Below are positions 9,588 to 19,574 of a stretch of 64,000 bases of DNA, piece after piece. Location: contig JAGVNG010000008.1 of NCBI GenBank assembly GCA_020053375.1, positions 1,587-65,586 on the forward strand, read 5' to 3'. The first letter of the stretch is position 1. The number at the start of each line of letters is the position of its first letter. The position numbers and the translations under genes are program-made. The notes beneath the pieces are model-generated. The model searched no databases. It saw nothing but the letters and a program-made list of their open reading frames with translations, and was not told the origin of the DNA. Source of the stretch: Nanobdellota archaeon. Its GTDB lineage: Archaea > Nanobdellota > Nanobdellia > Pacearchaeales > GW2011-AR1.

Positions 9588-10624
9588 AACCATTTGCCAA
9601 GGTTTTTTTGTTTCATCTTTTCCTTGATGTCCCGAAGTCTTTCAAGCTGTTTTTCAACTCTTTCACTTGAAAAATCATGGTCTTTTACCAGAATTTTTTT
9701 TATTTTTTCCTCATCTATATTACTAAACTTTATTTCAAAGTCCTTGACTCTTGGCTTGTGGAATAATTCAAATATTTCCTTCCAGTCAAACCTGTCCTCT
9801 TCTGGAAGGCTCATCATTTGCTCCTCAACAGCCTTGAATATCAAAACAGGCTGCTTGTGCATCTTAACTAACTGCAATGCCCTTTTCTGTCCTATTCCGG
9901 GAATTCCCCTGGGATTATAATCGCTGCCGACCAGAATTCCCAAACATATGAGTTGGTCAAGATTTATCTCAAGCAAATTCAAGACTCTGGTAAGTTCTAT
10001 GACTTCTGGTTTTACTTCCACATAGCCTGAGAAGGTTTTTCTTCTTCTTGCCAGTGTCAGGTTCCTTATAAGATTAGGAGCCCCAAACAAAAGGCTGTCA
10101 TAATCCTGACTTACACTTCCTGAAATTTCTTTTTTTATTCTTGAAAGATAAGCTGCCTCAGCCTCACCTTCTCCAGGAGCCTGAATAACTCCGATTCCCA
10201 TTGCTTCCAATAGTTCCTTGCTCTCTTCAATCATCTCTTCATTCAACCTGATTAACTGACTACCATATCTTCTCATTCCCTCTGTATCTTCCATATCTCT
10301 TGACACAGCATATTTTTCCTTTGCAACGTCCCTGCTAGCTTCCCTTTTCTTATGGGTTTTATACTTCAATTCAGGAGGTTCTCCGTCAAAAACATAAACA
10401 AGCTTTATTCCGTCTTCCAAGAGAGATATGTTTCTGTAAAATATTCCTGAAAGATGGCTTGTTACTCTTTTTTGATTATCCATTAAAGGGGTTCCATCCG
10501 CCTGCCTTACTGAAGAAAGAAACTGGTAAAGAGCGTTAAAAGCGTCAACACACAGGATTTTCCCTCTTAAATCAGAGATTTCAAGTTCTTTTCGAGGTAT
10601 TATTTCACGTATATTTAGTCCCAT
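9584..10624 (-). CDS. fen: flap endonuclease 1
   Basis: MGLNIREIIP...ILCVDAFNALYQFL N-terminal XPG-N; GIGVIQAPGEGEAEAAYL; C-terminal PIP-like LGKWF. Confidence 0.9.
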   Translation of the reverse strand: MGLNIREIIPRKELEISDLRGKILCVDAFNALYQFLSSVRQADGTPLMDNQKRVTSHLSGIFYRNISLLEDGIKLVYVFDGEPPELKYKTHKKREASRDVAKEKYAVSRDMEDTEGMRRYGSQLIRLNEEMIEESKELLEAMGIGVIQAPGEGEAEAAYLSRIKKEISGSVSQDYDSLLFGAPNLIRNLTLARRRKTFSGYVEVKPEVIELTRVLNLLEINLDQLICLGILVGSDYNPRGIPGIGQKRALQLVKMHKQPVLIFKAVEEQMMSLPEEDRFDWKEIFELFHKPRVKDFEIKFSNIDEEKIKKILVKDHDFSSERVEKQLERLRDIKEKMKQKNLGKWF

Positions 10625-10679
10625 TTTGCTTTAATTAACAAGGGAGAATTTCTATTTATATTTGCTCCTTTTGTTTGGT

Positions 10680-11129
10680 TTACTCGAGGATTATGTTCGG
10701 ATGCTCCGCAGGCTCGGTTGGAAGGTGATATTTAAACAATAAGGCTCTGGCGTAACTAACTACAAAATTTCTTGCCTTTGATAGAGGAACCTGTTTTCCC
10801 TTCACATAAAGATGCTTATATCCGTGCTCTCTCATCACATTTTCAATAAGAATTCCAGAGTGGCTCAATGGCGTTCTCTGTGATGAAACGACCTTGCAGA
10901 TGGCTTTTGCAGCCTTCATCTCATCTACAGAATCATCCAAATTTTTATGATATCTATGTCTTCTAAACGCTTTAACCAAATCTTCTACAGATTTCCCCTC
11001 TTCATTGGCTCTTTGCGAAATAGCATTTGCTAAATAATGGCCGAAACCAGTAGTATCATTTCCCCCATGATCAATATAATCATTATATTCTTTCATTAAT
11101 TCATCATCATTCCAATTATATTTACCCAT
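10680..11129 (-). CDS. hypothetical protein
   Basis: 149-aa ORF, no recognised motif. Confidence 0.35.
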   Translation of the reverse strand: MGKYNWNDDELMKEYNDYIDHGGNDTTGFGHYLANAISQRANEEGKSVEDLVKAFRRHRYHKNLDDSVDEMKAAKAICKVVSSQRTPLSHSGILIENVMREHGYKHLYVKGKQVPLSKARNFVVSYARALLFKYHLPTEPAEHPNIILE

Positions 11130-11220
11130 ACTGTAGTTACTATTTAGGAGTATATAAATTTAATGGTGGATATCAGATTTAAAGTGCTAAATTTTAAGAA
11201 GGTTAAATCTCTTTAATTCT

Positions 11221-13686
11221 ATGCACACAACTTTTATTCCTATAGACTATGGCTACTTTGATTTTGAGGGCAGAAATTATATTAAGATAACAGGAAGAGA
11301 TGAAAAAGGAAAAAGATTATGCGTCATTGATTCATGTCCAATATATTTCTGGGCTATCTTAAAAGCGGGCGTCAGCGAGAAGGAAATTGAAAAACTCAGG
11401 GGAAAGATTGAGAAGATACAGCTGGATGCAAACGGACGAAAAACCAAAGTGGAGAAAGTAGAAATTCATAACAAGAATTTTTTGGGAAAACCTGTAAAAG
11501 CACTGAAGATATTCGCAACAAATTACAAGGATATGCACGAAGTAGCAGACAAGCTCGGCATTCCTGAAATAGAAAAAAGAAGGGGATATGACCTTGGCCT
11601 TATAACACACTACATAATTGAAAAGAAACTTGTGCCTCTAAACTGGTATGAAATAGAGGGTGAAGTTTTGAACAATAGCAGGGAATTTGGGGGAATTGAT
11701 TCAGCCTTGGATGTTGCCGTGTGCATCAAGCTCAAGTCGGCAAAAGAAATAGAAAACAAAACATTTGTGCCAAGAGTTTTGGCATTTGATATAGAAACTG
11801 ATGAGTTCCAGATTGGAAAAGGAGAAATTCTCATGGTTTCGCTTGTCTCCGACAATTTCAAGAAAGTTATAACCTCAAAGCAAATCAATGCAAAAGAAAA
11901 AGGCTTTGAGTTCGTGGAATACGTCAAAGATGAAGAAGAACTTTTGGAAAAGTTTGTCGCATACGTAAAAAAGCTCGCACCTGATTTTCTTGTTGGTTAT
12001 TTTAGCGATGGATTTGACATGCCTTACATAAAAGCAAGGGCAGAGTTTCATAAGATGAAGCTACCACTTGGACTTGATGGAAGTCAACCAGTTTTTCATA
12101 GAGGATCTATGACTACATGCAGAATAGATGGAATTGTGCACATTGATTTGCTAAAATTCGTAGACACTGCCTATTCACAGTATATGCAATCTGAAACCAT
12201 GTCGCTTAACGACGTGTCAAAAGAATTCTTGAATGATACAAAAAGCAATTTCGAATTTAAGTCCTCCACAAAAATGTCTGATGAAGACTGGAAAGATTAT
12301 TTTATCTACAACTTGCAGGACTCTGACTTAACTTACAGGCTTTTCTTCAAGTTCTGGCCAGACATAAGGGAATTTTCCCGTGTTCTTCAAGAGCCCTCAT
12401 TTGAAATTTCAAGAAATGGCATGTCAAAAAATGTTGAATCATTTATAATTCACAATCTCGATAGATTCAATGAAATTCCTGAAAAGCGACCGACACATGA
12501 TGAAATAGGAGAAAGAAGAACAAGAGAAAAATATGAGGGAGCTTTTGTTTTCCAGCCAATCCCGGGACTCTATGAGAATCTTGCTATCTTTGATTTCACA
12601 AGCTTTTGGCCAAGTATAATAGCTACCTTCAATCTATCCAAATCAACAATTCTTGAAAAAAAAGAGAAGAATTCTTTAGAAGTCGATATAGGAAAAAGCA
12701 AGATTTTCTTCAATAAATCTCCTGGCTTTTTCCCTGAAATGCTTAAGGAAATAATTCTTCTAAGGAAAAAATACAAGCAAGAGCTAAAAATTAAGGAAGA
12801 TGCAATCACAAAGGCAAGAAGCAATGCATTCAAACTTTTAGCAAATGCAAGCTATGGTTATCAGGGATTCTTTGGGGCAAGATATTACTGTCCAGAAGCT
12901 TCCGCCGCAACGACTGGGTTAAGCAGGGATTTCATAAAAGATATAATAAATAAGATAGACAAAGCAGGTTATAGGACAATATATTCAGACACAGACAGCA
13001 TAGCATTTCTTCTTGACAAAAAAACCGAGGCAGAAACCACTGCCTTCTTAAAAGAACTGAACAAAAAGCTTCCTGGAATAATGGAGCTTGAGCTGGAGGG
13101 TTTTTTCAAGAGAGGCATATGGGTAACAAAAAGAGCAGGGGACATAGGGGCAAAAAAGAAGTATGCATTAGTAAGCAAGGACAACAAGCTGAAAATTCGT
13201 GGCTTTGAAACAGTCAGGAGAGACTGGTGTCGGCTTGCAAGAGAAACCCAAAACAAAGTGTTAAGAATGATTCTGGAAGACGGCAATGAAAAGAAAGCCC
13301 TCATATATATCAAAGAAATAATAAAGAAAATAAGAGAGAGAAAAATAGACAGAAAGGAAATCCTTATCAGGACTCAACTAAAAAAACAGATTTCAGAATA
13401 CAAAAATATTTCTCCGCATGTAATCGCAGCGAAGAAAATGCAGGAGCAGAAGATACCAATAGATGAAGGGGCATTAATAGAATATTTCATTGCGGAAACC
13501 AGAGAGAAAAAGAAGCTGGTAAGAGAAAAAGTAAAGTTAGTTCATGAAAAGGGAGAATATGATATAAAGTATTATCTTGAAAAGCAGCTTCTTCCTGCTG
13601 TTGAAAATATTATGCAGGTATTTAATGTAGACATCAGGCAGATAATAGAAAACAAGAAGCAAGATAAATTAAGTAAATGGATATAA
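11221..13686 (+). CDS. polB: family B DNA polymerase (intein-free)
   Basis: Exo I FDIETDE, YSDTDS polymerase motif C, KKKYA motif, 821 aa. Confidence 0.9.
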   Translation: MHTTFIPIDYGYFDFEGRNYIKITGRDEKGKRLCVIDSCPIYFWAILKAGVSEKEIEKLRGKIEKIQLDANGRKTKVEKVEIHNKNFLGKPVKALKIFATNYKDMHEVADKLGIPEIEKRRGYDLGLITHYIIEKKLVPLNWYEIEGEVLNNSREFGGIDSALDVAVCIKLKSAKEIENKTFVPRVLAFDIETDEFQIGKGEILMVSLVSDNFKKVITSKQINAKEKGFEFVEYVKDEEELLEKFVAYVKKLAPDFLVGYFSDGFDMPYIKARAEFHKMKLPLGLDGSQPVFHRGSMTTCRIDGIVHIDLLKFVDTAYSQYMQSETMSLNDVSKEFLNDTKSNFEFKSSTKMSDEDWKDYFIYNLQDSDLTYRLFFKFWPDIREFSRVLQEPSFEISRNGMSKNVESFIIHNLDRFNEIPEKRPTHDEIGERRTREKYEGAFVFQPIPGLYENLAIFDFTSFWPSIIATFNLSKSTILEKKEKNSLEVDIGKSKIFFNKSPGFFPEMLKEIILLRKKYKQELKIKEDAITKARSNAFKLLANASYGYQGFFGARYYCPEASAATTGLSRDFIKDIINKIDKAGYRTIYSDTDSIAFLLDKKTEAETTAFLKELNKKLPGIMELELEGFFKRGIWVTKRAGDIGAKKKYALVSKDNKLKIRGFETVRRDWCRLARETQNKVLRMILEDGNEKKALIYIKEIIKKIRERKIDRKEILIRTQLKKQISEYKNISPHVIAAKKMQEQKIPIDEGALIEYFIAETREKKKLVREKVKLVHEKGEYDIKYYLEKQLLPAVENIMQVFNVDIRQIIENKKQDKLSKWI

Positions 13687-13790
13687 AAATAGGCATAATT
13701 TATCTTTCATTGATTCGCCTATGCTTAGTCAAACCAAAGCAGACAAGTTTAGGGGATTTTTAGATGCCAAATAATGATTGCACAACTGGA

Positions 13791-13949
13791 GGCATAAAAG
13801 CACCAATAAGAACTAAAATAAATCCGATTACATTTTTCAACAAGAAACCTTTGCTATCAACTCTAAGAAAAGGCTGAAGAAATACAATCACTCCAATTCC
13901 CATTACAATAAAATCCATAATTAAATTAAAGAAATCCTATTAATAAAGA
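13791..13949 (-). CDS. small hydrophobic peptide (52 aa, MDFIVMGIGVIVFLQPF...), below the ORF-track threshold
   Basis: Manual translation of the minus strand; a second, disrupted paralogous start (MDYILTVLGLLLVGWGAF-stop) lies at about 14110-14045. Confidence 0.25.
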
Positions 13950-14218
13950 TTTCCGTTTATTTTAGAAGCCCAATCCAAAGAGAGGAGACGTTAAAGCACC
14001 AAAGCCCCCTAAAGCTGCTCCAATTATAAACTTCAACCAAAAACCTCTTTATGTATGAATTGTAAAGGCACCCCATCCCACTAATAATAATCCAAGAACT
14101 GTTAAAATATAATCCATTTTTATTAACTGGCTTAATAGGATATACTTAATAAATATTTCTGTTTTCTGGCATTAAGCCTTGAGAAAAAGCTTAAAAGGCA
14201 TGTAAATCAAGAAAAAAC

Positions 14219-14563
14219 ATGGAAAAAATTGTATATTTTGTAATGACAGGGGTAGTGGAACATCCTGAGAGATTCCAAGAATTTTTTGAGGAATATATTC
14301 ATTCTTCTATCAGATTGCTTCCAAATACCCCCAGAGCAGCTGTTTTAAATGCAAGCATAAAAAGTCTGGCAAGATTATGTTATTGGGCAGATACAGAGAG
14401 AGATATAAAATCACGGGAAGAACTGACAAGCCGTCCAGAATTTAAAGAATACCTTGTAAATCAGGAGTTATATGGGCCTGCCACAATCATTCTTTCAAGA
14501 TACTTAGGATGCGAGGGGGAAAATATGTACATAAGAATATTTCATCCCCAAGCATTAAATTAA
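14219..14563 (+). CDS. hypothetical protein
   Basis: 114-aa ORF. Confidence 0.3.
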   Translation: MEKIVYFVMTGVVEHPERFQEFFEEYIHSSIRLLPNTPRAAVLNASIKSLARLCYWADTERDIKSREELTSRPEFKEYLVNQELYGPATIILSRYLGCEGENMYIRIFHPQALN

Positions 14564-14620
14564 GTTTTATTTAATCCAAAAACTCTTAAAAGTCTCCTTC
14601 TATTAAAACATTAAATTAAA

Positions 14621-15688
14621 ATGAAAACTCCAGAACTAAAGCCCCTTCTCGCGGAAAGACTGAAATTATTAATGCCAGACAAAGAAGACTTTAATTCCTT
14701 CCTTGAAATACTAAAGAAGCCAACCCAAAATTCAATCCGTTGCAACACTTTAAAAATCAGTCCTGAAGAACTCAAAGAAAGGCTGGAAAAAAAAGGCTGG
14801 AAAATCTCTCAGCCTTTCATAGAATATAAAGAAATTATGATAGTAGATGGAAAAATTGCTAATGAAAAAATAACTGATTCTCACATTAACAATAAGCATC
14901 AATCTGCGAGCGCTGTGCCTGGAGCTTCAGCCAAGGATAGCGAGAATAAACTACAGGATTTAGCGCCAGGCGAGCTCGGTCGTTCTCTCGAGCATCTTCT
15001 CGGATATTATTATGTCCAGGAAATTGCAAGTATGCTTCCTGTTCTTGCACTCAAGCCAAAGCCAGGAGAAACTATTCTTGATTTATGCGCTGCGCCTGGG
15101 AGCAAAACAACACAGATAGCCAGCAAAATGAAAAACTCCGGCACTCTGATTGCAAATGACGTGAATCTTGGAAGAATAAGAATTCTTGTAACTAATCTTG
15201 AGCGTTGCGGGATATCAAATACAATTGTTACAAGAAATCAGGGATTTATGCTATGCAAAAAGCTGAAATCCCAAGGATTTCAGTTTGATAAAATTCTTCT
15301 TGATGCGCCGTGTTCAGGAGAAGGCACATTAAGAAGCAATAAAGCTACTTACGAAATGTGGAATATTCAGTCAGTAAAAAATCTTTCAAATATACAAAAA
15401 GCCCTTATCGCTTCTGCAATTGATTTATTGAAAAAAGACGGTGAGCTTGTTTATAGCACATGCACTCATTCGCCCGAAGAAAATGAGGAAGTTTTGGATT
15501 TTGTTTTGAATAAATTTAAAGGAATTGTTAATGTGGAAAAAATAAACCTGCCGGTTAAATGCAGGGTTGGATTAACAAAGTGGAATGCGGAGCAATATAA
15601 TAAAGATGTTGAAAAAGCCTGCAGAATTTACCCTCAAGACAACGACACAGAGGGATTCTTTGTTGCTAAGTTAAGGAGGATAAAATAA
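14621..15688 (+). CDS. NOL1/NOP2/Sun-family RNA cytosine-C5 methyltransferase carrying a GC-rich in-frame insertion
   Basis: DLCAAPGSKTTQIA (SAM-binding), DAPCSGEGT and TCT motifs; roughly 50-aa low-complexity insert (KIANEK...SASAVPGASAK...) around nt 14849-15000. Confidence 0.8.
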   Translation: MKTPELKPLLAERLKLLMPDKEDFNSFLEILKKPTQNSIRCNTLKISPEELKERLEKKGWKISQPFIEYKEIMIVDGKIANEKITDSHINNKHQSASAVPGASAKDSENKLQDLAPGELGRSLEHLLGYYYVQEIASMLPVLALKPKPGETILDLCAAPGSKTTQIASKMKNSGTLIANDVNLGRIRILVTNLERCGISNTIVTRNQGFMLCKKLKSQGFQFDKILLDAPCSGEGTLRSNKATYEMWNIQSVKNLSNIQKALIASAIDLLKKDGELVYSTCTHSPEENEEVLDFVLNKFKGIVNVEKINLPVKCRVGLTKWNAEQYNKDVEKACRIYPQDNDTEGFFVAKLRRIK

Positions 15689-15693
15689 ATACC

Positions 15694-15990
15694 TTAAGCA
15701 GCAATTTTCTTCTTGCTCATAATAACTTCATCAAAAAGTTCAATCATTTTCTTGACAAAGGGATTTTTCACATTAAGTCTGAATAACTTTGCATTTCCTA
15801 TCTGTCTTGTTGGAACAATAACTCCTGCCATCACCAAATCATCAAAAACCCTAAACAAAGTTGTTCTTCCAATCTCAGCCCCTTCCGCAATATCACTTAT
15901 GCTATAATCCAATTCTCTCCCTTCTATAAGAAATTCTAAAACTCTTATTTTTGGAGTGTCTCCCAAAGCTTGTCTAAACAAGGTTTCCAT
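15694..15990 (-). CDS. winged-helix transcriptional regulator
   Basis: ISDIAEGAEIGRTTLFRVFDDLVMAGVI helix-turn-helix followed by a wing. Confidence 0.5.
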   Translation of the reverse strand: METLFRQALGDTPKIRVLEFLIEGRELDYSISDIAEGAEIGRTTLFRVFDDLVMAGVIVPTRQIGNAKLFRLNVKNPFVKKMIELFDEVIMSKKKIAA

Positions 15991-16089
15991 CTGCTAATCA
16001 AAAAACACATCTTTATAAATGTTCCTTTTTTGAAACATTACTGTTCCATTTAAATCCAAAATGCTTTAATAGTTATCTAAATTAATCTT

Positions 16090-16365
16090 GTGATGGATTT
16101 GCAGGCTGCAATAATGAAGAGATTTCTAAGAAAATTAGTAAACTTAAATATTTGGGGCGGAAGACATACCGAGATAAAGAATCTGCAAAAAGCCCTGCCA
16201 GATCATTTAAGAGGAACAAAAGAACACAAAAAAGCAATAAAAGAATTAATAAATCTTGGATTTTTGAATGTAAAACCATCAACGGGAGAATTGCATGTTT
16301 CTCTTAATTCCCATAAACAAAAAGAAATTTTTGAATTTTTACAGGAAAAAGATGATGAGATTTAA
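16090..16365 (+). CDS. hypothetical protein
   Basis: 91-aa ORF. Confidence 0.3.
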   Translation: MMDLQAAIMKRFLRKLVNLNIWGGRHTEIKNLQKALPDHLRGTKEHKKAIKELINLGFLNVKPSTGELHVSLNSHKQKEIFEFLQEKDDEI

Positions 16366-16374
16366 CAGTTAAAA

Positions 16375-16839
16375 ATGGAATACATAAAGATACTAACAGA
16401 ACACGAAAAGAAGAAAATTGAACAAAAACTCAATGAGCAATTTGGAATAAAGGGAATCCCAGGAAAAATTGTGATGAGAGGAGCTGAAAGACTTTCAGTC
16501 TTCACAGGCAATGCCGATGAAAAGGAAATAAGAAAGATAGAGGAAATTGCGCCAATAGAAAAAGCCGGGGTTTATTTTGCAAAACTCATAAATGAAGACA
16601 TCAAATTGACAATAGAAGGAACGCAGATACTCCAAGAGCAGATAAAAAAAGGCATTTTCGAAATAAATGACGGGCAGGCAGAAGAGTGGATGATGGGAAG
16701 GGAGTTAAACATAAAGACAGGACTAAGAGGATTTGTTGTTATGAAAAACCGAAGTGACTTGTTGGGATGCGGGAAAGCCTCTGAAAACAAGATAACTAAT
16801 TTCATTCCAAAATCAAGAAGATTGAAAAATAGAGGATAA
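16375..16839 (+). CDS. possible PUA-domain (Nip7-like) RNA-binding protein
   Basis: C-terminal GLRGFVVMKNRSDLLGCGKA resembles a PUA beta-barrel; weak. Confidence 0.3.
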   Translation: MEYIKILTEHEKKKIEQKLNEQFGIKGIPGKIVMRGAERLSVFTGNADEKEIRKIEEIAPIEKAGVYFAKLINEDIKLTIEGTQILQEQIKKGIFEINDGQAEEWMMGRELNIKTGLRGFVVMKNRSDLLGCGKASENKITNFIPKSRRLKNRG

Positions 16840-16985
16840 ATCACTCGCTGACGCTCGCTTATGACGATAATGTAATTCACGGAAATATTATTGTTAATAT
16901 AAAAACTTGCTGATAAATTTATTATGGTTATTCTCATCCACAAAACATTAAAACCCATTATTCTCTATAATTATATACAAATAAA

Positions 16986-17198
16986 ATGCCAAAGAAAACA
17001 AAAACCAAAGAAATAAAACTCCCAATGGAATTCAATCCTGGAACAGAAAAATATGAACCAAGGTTGCCTGTAAGAAAAACAAAGGAGAATGTTAAAAAAA
17101 GAATTGATAATAAATTTGATTTAATTATAATAATAATCTTAATAATTTTTGGGCTATCACTTTTTGTATATTCTCTAATATCATTACTTTCAAATTAA
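16986..17198 (+). CDS. small protein with C-terminal TM anchor
   Basis: 70-aa ORF, Lys-rich N-terminus, hydrophobic C-terminus. Confidence 0.3.
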   Translation: MPKKTKTKEIKLPMEFNPGTEKYEPRLPVRKTKENVKKRIDNKFDLIIIIILIIFGLSLFVYSLISLLSN

Positions 17199-17199
17199 A

Positions 17200-18087
17200 A
17201 TGGAACCGACAGACAAGGAAAAAATCCTGAAAGCAGGCAAAATCGCAAGCGAAACAAAGAAATACGCGAAAGCGATTGCAAAAAAAGGTGTGCCTTTGCT
17301 TGAAATAGCTGAAAAGATTGAGGCTAAAATCGAGGAACTCGGAGGAAAACCCGCATTTCCTGTAAACCTAAGCATAAACGATATTGCAGCTCATTACACT
17401 CCCGCGCATGATGACAAGACTCTTGCGAATGGATTGTTGAAAGTAGACTTAGGAGTTCACGTGGATGGATGGATTGCAGACACTGCCTTTTCATTGGACC
17501 TTGAAAACAATGAGGAGAACAAAAGGCTTATTTTGTCTTCTGAAAGCGCACTACAAATTGCATCAAAAACAATAAAGTTCGGGATAAAAAACAACGAGAT
17601 AGGCAAAAGAGTTGAAGAAGCAATAAGCTCTGGTGAAATCTCTCCAATAATAAACCTAAGCGGGCATGGCATTGACAAATATGAACTTCATTCAGGAATA
17701 ACAATTCCAAACATAGACAACGGGCAGGAAATTCCATTAAAAGAAGGTTTGTATGCAATAGAACCATTCACAACAAACGGTGCAGGCAAGGTTTATGATG
17801 GAAAAGATTCTGGAATTTATGAAATGGTGTCGGAAAGAAATATCAGAAGCCAAGGGGCAAGGGAAGTTCTGGACTTCATAATAAAAGAATATAGCACTCT
17901 TCCATTCTGTTCCAGATGGCTGCATAAAAAGCTTGGAGCAAAATCCCTATTAGTATTGAAGCAGCTCGAGGCAAATGGAAATCTTCATCAGTTTGCATTG
18001 CTTATGGAAGCCGGGCATGGAAAGGTTGCGCAAGCAGAAAATACATTCTTGGTAACAAACAAAGAAGTTATCGTGACTAGTGAGTAA
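17200..18087 (+). CDS. map: methionine aminopeptidase, type 2
   Basis: Archaeal MetAP2-like sequence (AAHYTP, VDLGVHVDGWIAD, HSGHGI-like) including pita-bread fold metal ligands. Confidence 0.85.
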   Translation: MEPTDKEKILKAGKIASETKKYAKAIAKKGVPLLEIAEKIEAKIEELGGKPAFPVNLSINDIAAHYTPAHDDKTLANGLLKVDLGVHVDGWIADTAFSLDLENNEENKRLILSSESALQIASKTIKFGIKNNEIGKRVEEAISSGEISPIINLSGHGIDKYELHSGITIPNIDNGQEIPLKEGLYAIEPFTTNGAGKVYDGKDSGIYEMVSERNIRSQGAREVLDFIIKEYSTLPFCSRWLHKKLGAKSLLVLKQLEANGNLHQFALLMEAGHGKVAQAENTFLVTNKEVIVTSE

Positions 18088-18095
18088 GTTTTGAT

Positions 18096-18695
18096 TTATC
18101 TGGGAATAAGTTCATAATATAATTTTTTGTCAGTTATCTCATTTAGAAGTATATAAGTTTGCCGAGCTTCATTTACCATCTTTTCTAAAAAAATTTTATA
18201 TTCTGGAGACACACCTCTTCTATCTGCATTTTTTAATTGATTTTCAAATGCAGGCAATTCTCTGCTGACTGTCTCCCTAAAATATTTTTCTGAATTTGAA
18301 GAAATTAAACCTTTTACGCCATTCAACCAAAGCATAAAAGAATTCCTGTTCCATTGTTTTATATGAAATTCCTCGTGATCCATTATACAGCTTAGTAAAT
18401 CTTCATATTTTTTATGACATTCATAAGTGAAAGATTTTGGATAAACTAATATTTTTCTTTTTTTAAATGGAGAAAATTGTCTGAATCTGCTAACTTGAGG
18501 CATTTCAGCATAATTATCAGTTGGAAGAAAAATTCCGTGAAAGGGAGTTCCTTCTGCATAAATAATTCTTGAAATTAAAGTTCCATTTAAAGGAATGCTA
18601 TTTAAAAAATCCTGTCTGAATTTAATATCTTTATTTCTTACCACTTCATGAAATTTTTGTTCAAGTTTCTTTTCGTCTATCATTTTATTCAACAA
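18096..18695 (-). CDS. hypothetical protein with HExxH motif (possible metallopeptidase-like)
   Basis: MDHEEFHIKQW. Confidence 0.3.
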   Translation of the reverse strand: MLNKMIDEKKLEQKFHEVVRNKDIKFRQDFLNSIPLNGTLISRIIYAEGTPFHGIFLPTDNYAEMPQVSRFRQFSPFKKRKILVYPKSFTYECHKKYEDLLSCIMDHEEFHIKQWNRNSFMLWLNGVKGLISSNSEKYFRETVSRELPAFENQLKNADRRGVSPEYKIFLEKMVNEARQTYILLNEITDKKLYYELIPR

Positions 18696-18930
18696 CCTTC
18701 CCGTTTAATTTTTCGGTTAAAGTCTTGTAAGATAAAGTCATTCTCGAACCGGTTTTGCAACCCATGCAATCATACAATTGAATCTCGGGAAGAGGACCAA
18801 AACCTGGCTGTGTGTAAGCATATGCGTAGACTGTGTCTTTTTTGCATCTTTCACAATATGCAAATATCTTTGCCGCAATTCCTTTTGCCTTTGCTTCCTC
18901 TACCCTTTGTTCAATAGTTTTGTCTGGCAT
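18685..18930 (-). CDS. small zinc-ribbon protein (paralog A)
   Basis: CERCKK...VYAYAY...CMGCK: two CxxC pairs. Confidence 0.4.
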   Translation of the reverse strand: MPDKTIEQRVEEAKAKGIAAKIFAYCERCKKDTVYAYAYTQPGFGPLPEIQLYDCMGCKTGSRMTLSYKTLTEKLNGKVVE

Positions 18931-18931
18931 T

Positions 18932-19156
18932 TTATTTAATAACCTCCTCGCTAAATTGCTGCATCAAAGTCTGATAAGCCTGTGAATTTTTGCATGCAGA
19001 GCAATTATACATTGGTTCGTTTTCTCCAAGAAAATCAGGCTGGTCAAAAGCGTATACAAAAACCCTCCCTCCCTTGCATACTCCGCAATACGCAGATAAA
19101 TTTTTAGGAGTTTCTGGAGCATTCCCATCTTGTGTTTTATTTTCGAGGGTTGTCAT
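18932..19156 (-). CDS. small zinc-ribbon protein (paralog B, in tandem with A)
   Basis: CGVCKG...VYAFDQP...CSACK: same architecture as the upstream paralog. Confidence 0.4.
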   Translation of the reverse strand: MTTLENKTQDGNAPETPKNLSAYCGVCKGGRVFVYAFDQPDFLGENEPMYNCSACKNSQAYQTLMQQFSEEVIK

Positions 19157-19482
19157 TTTAATTGCGTTCCCTCATCCAGAGTTTTTAATTTTTTAATTTT
19201 AACAAAGGCAGGTGGAAACCAATTTTTATCCTCTTCATAACCCCAAGAGTTTTTTGGAAGTAATTCGTTATGACGCAAAGCAATTCCATCAGTAGTATCC
19301 CATCCTTGTTTTAGCCAAAAATCAATTTCAGATTCCTCTTTATCTTCATAAGCTTTTATCCTATATTCCATTATTTCCTTAGAGGTTAAAGGAGTTAATC
19401 CTTCTGAAATTAAGAAAGGCATTAAATTTGTATAGGTGTTACTAAGCTTCCAATAATCTTGAATTAATTTTGTTTTTCCCAT
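19153..19482 (-). CDS. hypothetical protein
   Basis: 109-aa ORF. Confidence 0.3.
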   Translation of the reverse strand: MGKTKLIQDYWKLSNTYTNLMPFLISEGLTPLTSKEIMEYRIKAYEDKEESEIDFWLKQGWDTTDGIALRHNELLPKNSWGYEEDKNWFPPAFVKIKKLKTLDEGTQLK

Positions 19483-19574
19483 CCCCTTCCCTATCCCCCC
19501 CCATTTATAAATCTTACTATATTGTAACTACTATATAGTTATACAATTATGCAATAAAACCTCACAGTTCAGAA

